Shown here: positions 60,965 through 64,000 of the stretch, in pieces
How positions within the stretch are numbered: position 1 is the first letter of the stretch
How the letters are laid out: each line of letters opens with the position of its first letter
NCBI GenBank assembly: GCA_973895155.1
Contig: OZ316896.1
Coordinates: forward strand, 21,637,150 to 21,701,149
Reading direction: 5' to 3'
DNA from: Marsupella aquatica
Lineage: Eukaryota; Plantae; Marchantiophyta
DNA length: 64,000 bases
Notes under the pieces: generated by a model
The model's input: only the letters and a program-made list of their open reading frames with translations
Database searches by the model: none
What the model was told of the DNA's origin: nothing
Program-made: the position numbers and the translations under genes

Positions 60965-62647
60965 TCATCTCTCACGCCTCATTTCCACCTTCAGGTCTGT
61001 GACTCGAACTGAAACGTCGGGGTCGTGCTTTGGATCCCATGCCGGAACAAACGTGACTGTCACAGACTTCTGGTGAGTGATACCCAAAATCTGGACGCTA
61101 TCTCTTATGCTGAAAGTTCTACTTAACTTCCCAGCAACGCCAATCGCTTCGGCATCAACTTTCAGGTCACCGAGAAACTCTACACAGTGCTGAGGGGTGT
61201 CCTCGTCTGCTTCTGGGAGCTCCAAGAACACCTTGATGAGCACACTGACATCAAAGGGCTTTTCCACGAACACTCTAATCACCAACAACTCATCATACAC
61301 TGACGAATCCTCTTTGCTTCTGAGCGCCACGGGCCTGGACACTCGCGAGGTCACCGTGTCTCTTCTCACTCCTTCTAGAGAAAGTTGTACCCAATTATTC
61401 GTTCCTTTCTGAAAAACAATTCTACGAAACATGGCAATATTTCCATATATGCCGCTGCTGACTACTTGCCAGAATCGTCTCAAAGTGCTGGCGCGGGCGT
61501 ACTTGGGATGTGTTTCCCGAATTGACTTTGGCGTGTACTTCACCCAATCCGGTTCGAGATGCTCGTACGTGACCCTGAAATTGCTAAAGTTCAAAGCATC
61601 TCGAACTTTGACACGCACCATGTCCGCGTTCTCATCATAGAGGAGGTACTCGGTATCAAGCCAGTCCGTGTCGTTCAAGTCCTTCCCTCCCCAGCTCTTC
61701 CACATCACCCACAACCGGTCCACTTGGGAGTGGTGCCCAAAGAACAAAGGATCCCGTGCTGCTGTGTGAGAAGGGCCCATGTCCTCCCCATATAAATTGG
61801 CATAGTCGCCAGTCCAATGGTGGACAGAAGCATGCGGACCACTTTCGAAATTCCCTGGATGAGACGCTAGCACGTCATCCCCTTGAGAAAAACTTCCCCC
61901 GTAGAAGGCTTCCGGAGTTCTCACCTGGCTTATCATGCTCTGCCACATAGCGTAATAGTTATCTTGCATCACCACATCTTCATCCCTATTGCCTGAGTTA
62001 GCTACGTCATATTTTAGATCTACCCTGTGCGGAGGTTGGTGGCTTTTAGATCTGTTTTCGTCGTACAGGGAAGAATTCTTATTGGTGTAGATGGGTGGTA
62101 TGCTGTTGCCTGATGGGCTGTGTTCATTCTGGATGTCCCATGCCCAAAAGGGAATAGCAAATGTATCGTCTCCTATGAGCCTTGCGAGAATGCGCTCGTA
62201 GAAGTAGAGGAACCAGCGGTGGAATGGAAAAAATAGCCAACCAAAGTGTACTGTCATCTGTAAGGTAGTATTCCGTTGATTGTACGCTCCTGAACAATAG
62301 GCACAATGGATCTTTGACTGCGCTTCAAAGGAGCGAGGGTCTTCTGGCGGGAGTGCTTTCATGAGCTCCACTGCTCTCTCGTATTTACGGACGGATTCAT
62401 CGTCTAGCGTATGAGCGGGTTTGCGAACTCGCACAGGCAGGTCCAAGTTGAATTTGAAGTCCTTGATGGGCCTGCTTGTGTCAACGAAGCAGCAGTCGAC
62501 TGGCTCAGCAAGAGGTCTGCCAAAGGGCAACACTGGCATACAAGTGTTCAAGTCCGGGCCCAGAATGGGAAGTCCCTCGACAAATACCAAAGTTGTCGAG
62601 AAAAGGATCACCGCAAAGCAGACGGAAGGGCACACTCGCTTCGACAT
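60965..62647 (-). CDS. PPO: Polyphenol oxidase (catechol oxidase/tyrosinase family), intronless, 560 aa, N-terminal signal peptide
   Basis: Cu[25 protein letters not shown]. CuB HASVHHW..AARDPLFFGHHSQVDR. DWL domain (TDWLDTEY..RVKVRD) and C-terminal EFLG. Hydrophobic N-terminus MSKRVCPSVCFAVILFSTTLVFVEG. Confidence 0.95.
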   Translation of the reverse strand: MSKRVCPSVCFAVILFSTTLVFVEGLPILGPDLNTCMPVLPFGRPLAEPVDCCFVDTSRPIKDFKFNLDLPVRVRKPAHTLDDESVRKYERAVELMKALPPEDPRSFEAQSKIHCAYCSGAYNQRNTTLQMTVHFGWLFFPFHRWFLYFYERILARLIGDDTFAIPFWAWDIQNEHSPSGNSIPPIYTNKNSSLYDENRSKSHQPPHRVDLKYDVANSGNRDEDVVMQDNYYAMWQSMISQVRTPEAFYGGSFSQGDDVLASHPGNFESGPHASVHHWTGDYANLYGEDMGPSHTAARDPLFFGHHSQVDRLWVMWKSWGGKDLNDTDWLDTEYLLYDENADMVRVKVRDALNFSNFRVTYEHLEPDWVKYTPKSIRETHPKYARASTLRRFWQVVSSGIYGNIAMFRRIVFQKGTNNWVQLSLEGVRRDTVTSRVSRPVALRSKEDSSVYDELLVIRVFVEKPFDVSVLIKVFLELPEADEDTPQHCVEFLGDLKVDAEAIGVAGKLSRTFSIRDSVQILGITHQKSVTVTFVPAWDPKHDPDVSVRVTDLKVEMRRER

Positions 62648-64000
62648 AGTTCCTTCTCCTGTTCGTCGAACAGGGTGCTAGCTTGCTCGATGGCGAGCTT
62701 TTGCTTGCTGTCGATTCTCTCCCTAACCCCAGATCGAGGACCTGCATCAGACAGGAACTTCAGATGTGAATGCAACCCATTGATGGTGACTTCAATTCTC
62801 TCGAACTTTAGTTCTAAAGATTCTCGATTTCAAAACAAAACACAACAGAATGTGATATTTTAGGATTCTGTGATCGATCTACCGAACCCGGCCCTCCTTT
62901 CGCACGGGAATGCGGAAAAAGGCTGACGCACTGGCCGGCATCGATCGGTTGCCGCAGCTTCTAAAAACCAGGGACAGCCTTTAAGGGAAGAATTCCTTTC
63001 CGATTAATTTCCCTTCTAGCTAAAAGAAATCAGAAACAACATGGACTGGCTGCAAGGACCGGGACTGGATTCTGTGCGATTCTGTCTTGTGTATCGTTAC
63101 CCTTCTGCGGTGCATGTAATGTAGCTACCAACAAAATAAAACACAGACTTATTACAATATTCTCACTACAATGAATGACGGCATACTAAATTTGCAAGGA
63201 AAGGTACTCTCCGTCCTAACTGCTACTCAGAAGTGATCGGGCGACTATCAAGCCCGTGACGTAGATCTAGGCTACGGCGAAAAGAGATGTGGCCCGAAGA
63301 TGTCGAGAGGCCTCGGAAATCCTGCGGGACAGTTGTGATCTTCTGTGGAGAGAAATATCTACTTAGTCAGACTACTGAGATAGGTAGCGCAGCAACGTAC
63401 TAATACCGTTGTTCTTCCGTAACCGCGACAACTTCTGTCAGAGATCTTTGACTAACTAGTTGAGGTTCCATACGTGCAATGTCGCTGACGTAATAAATAT
63501 CTGAACGAGAAATATGCTCTGAAGTACAATTGTACAACTTCCAAGTTGAACTTCCAACCCTCTCAATCATAAATTTGTTCAAGCTAGAACATAAACCTGG
63601 GTCGAGAACATAACTGGGTATCCTCGCGCTCTGAACTTCGTCTAGTTGTGAAGTGAAATTATAAGGCACCAATGCCACTAAAGCTTGTCTCTGCGTCTGA
63701 AGTTAATGATACCTCTTACTAAATTTCTCACGTTTTTGCCGTATATCTCTCAGTGAAACTAAAAAAGTTGACTAGCAGAGTATCTGAAAACGTTTGAAGT
63801 TAATGACAAACTCCGCGGACGGCTAGGTAAGGCATGTATACCGATACTTCCTTTACAGCAAAGTCGCCCTCACCGGCTGTCAACAGTCCACGGCATTGGG
63901 CTGGCTCCAGGCGAACAATTACTTCAGCATTTTGAGACGCAAGTCATGAACTTCTCAAACAACGACAAATTCAGAACCAATCTAAACCTATTCTCCTTCT

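Noticed and set aside
63200-64000. GH3-like or other gene fragment at the window end
   Set aside because: Only a vague resemblance, many stops and no diagnostic motif.

Overview
Eukaryotic land-plant genomic DNA, probably a bryophyte such as a liverwort (inferred from gene and TE types). The host backbone is a tandem array of three ACD6-like ankyrin-repeat/PGG transmembrane genes (+), each followed convergently by a polyphenol oxidase copy (-). Two PPO copies are remnants and one is intact with a signal peptide. About 25 kb (9326-34411) is one Copia element carrying three nested insertions: a second young Copia in its 3' LTR, a truncated Gypsy whose RT is now fused in frame to the Copia gag, and an 11.7-kb TIR DNA transposon (16583-28322, 4-bp TSD AGTA). 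The DNA transposon is the most striking object. It encodes a Sola-like DDD transposase, a spliced ParB/Srx-like + beta-class amino-(N6A/N4C) DNA methyltransferase gene, an F-box-like gene and an unknown Cys-rich gene. It also carries about 24 copies of a 14-bp palindrome (CGATAAATTTATCG), all in its introns and intergenic DNA. A 332-bp TRIM with tRNA-derived LTRs lies at 34942-35273. All calls are by eye from motifs and the ORF track; no database searches were run.
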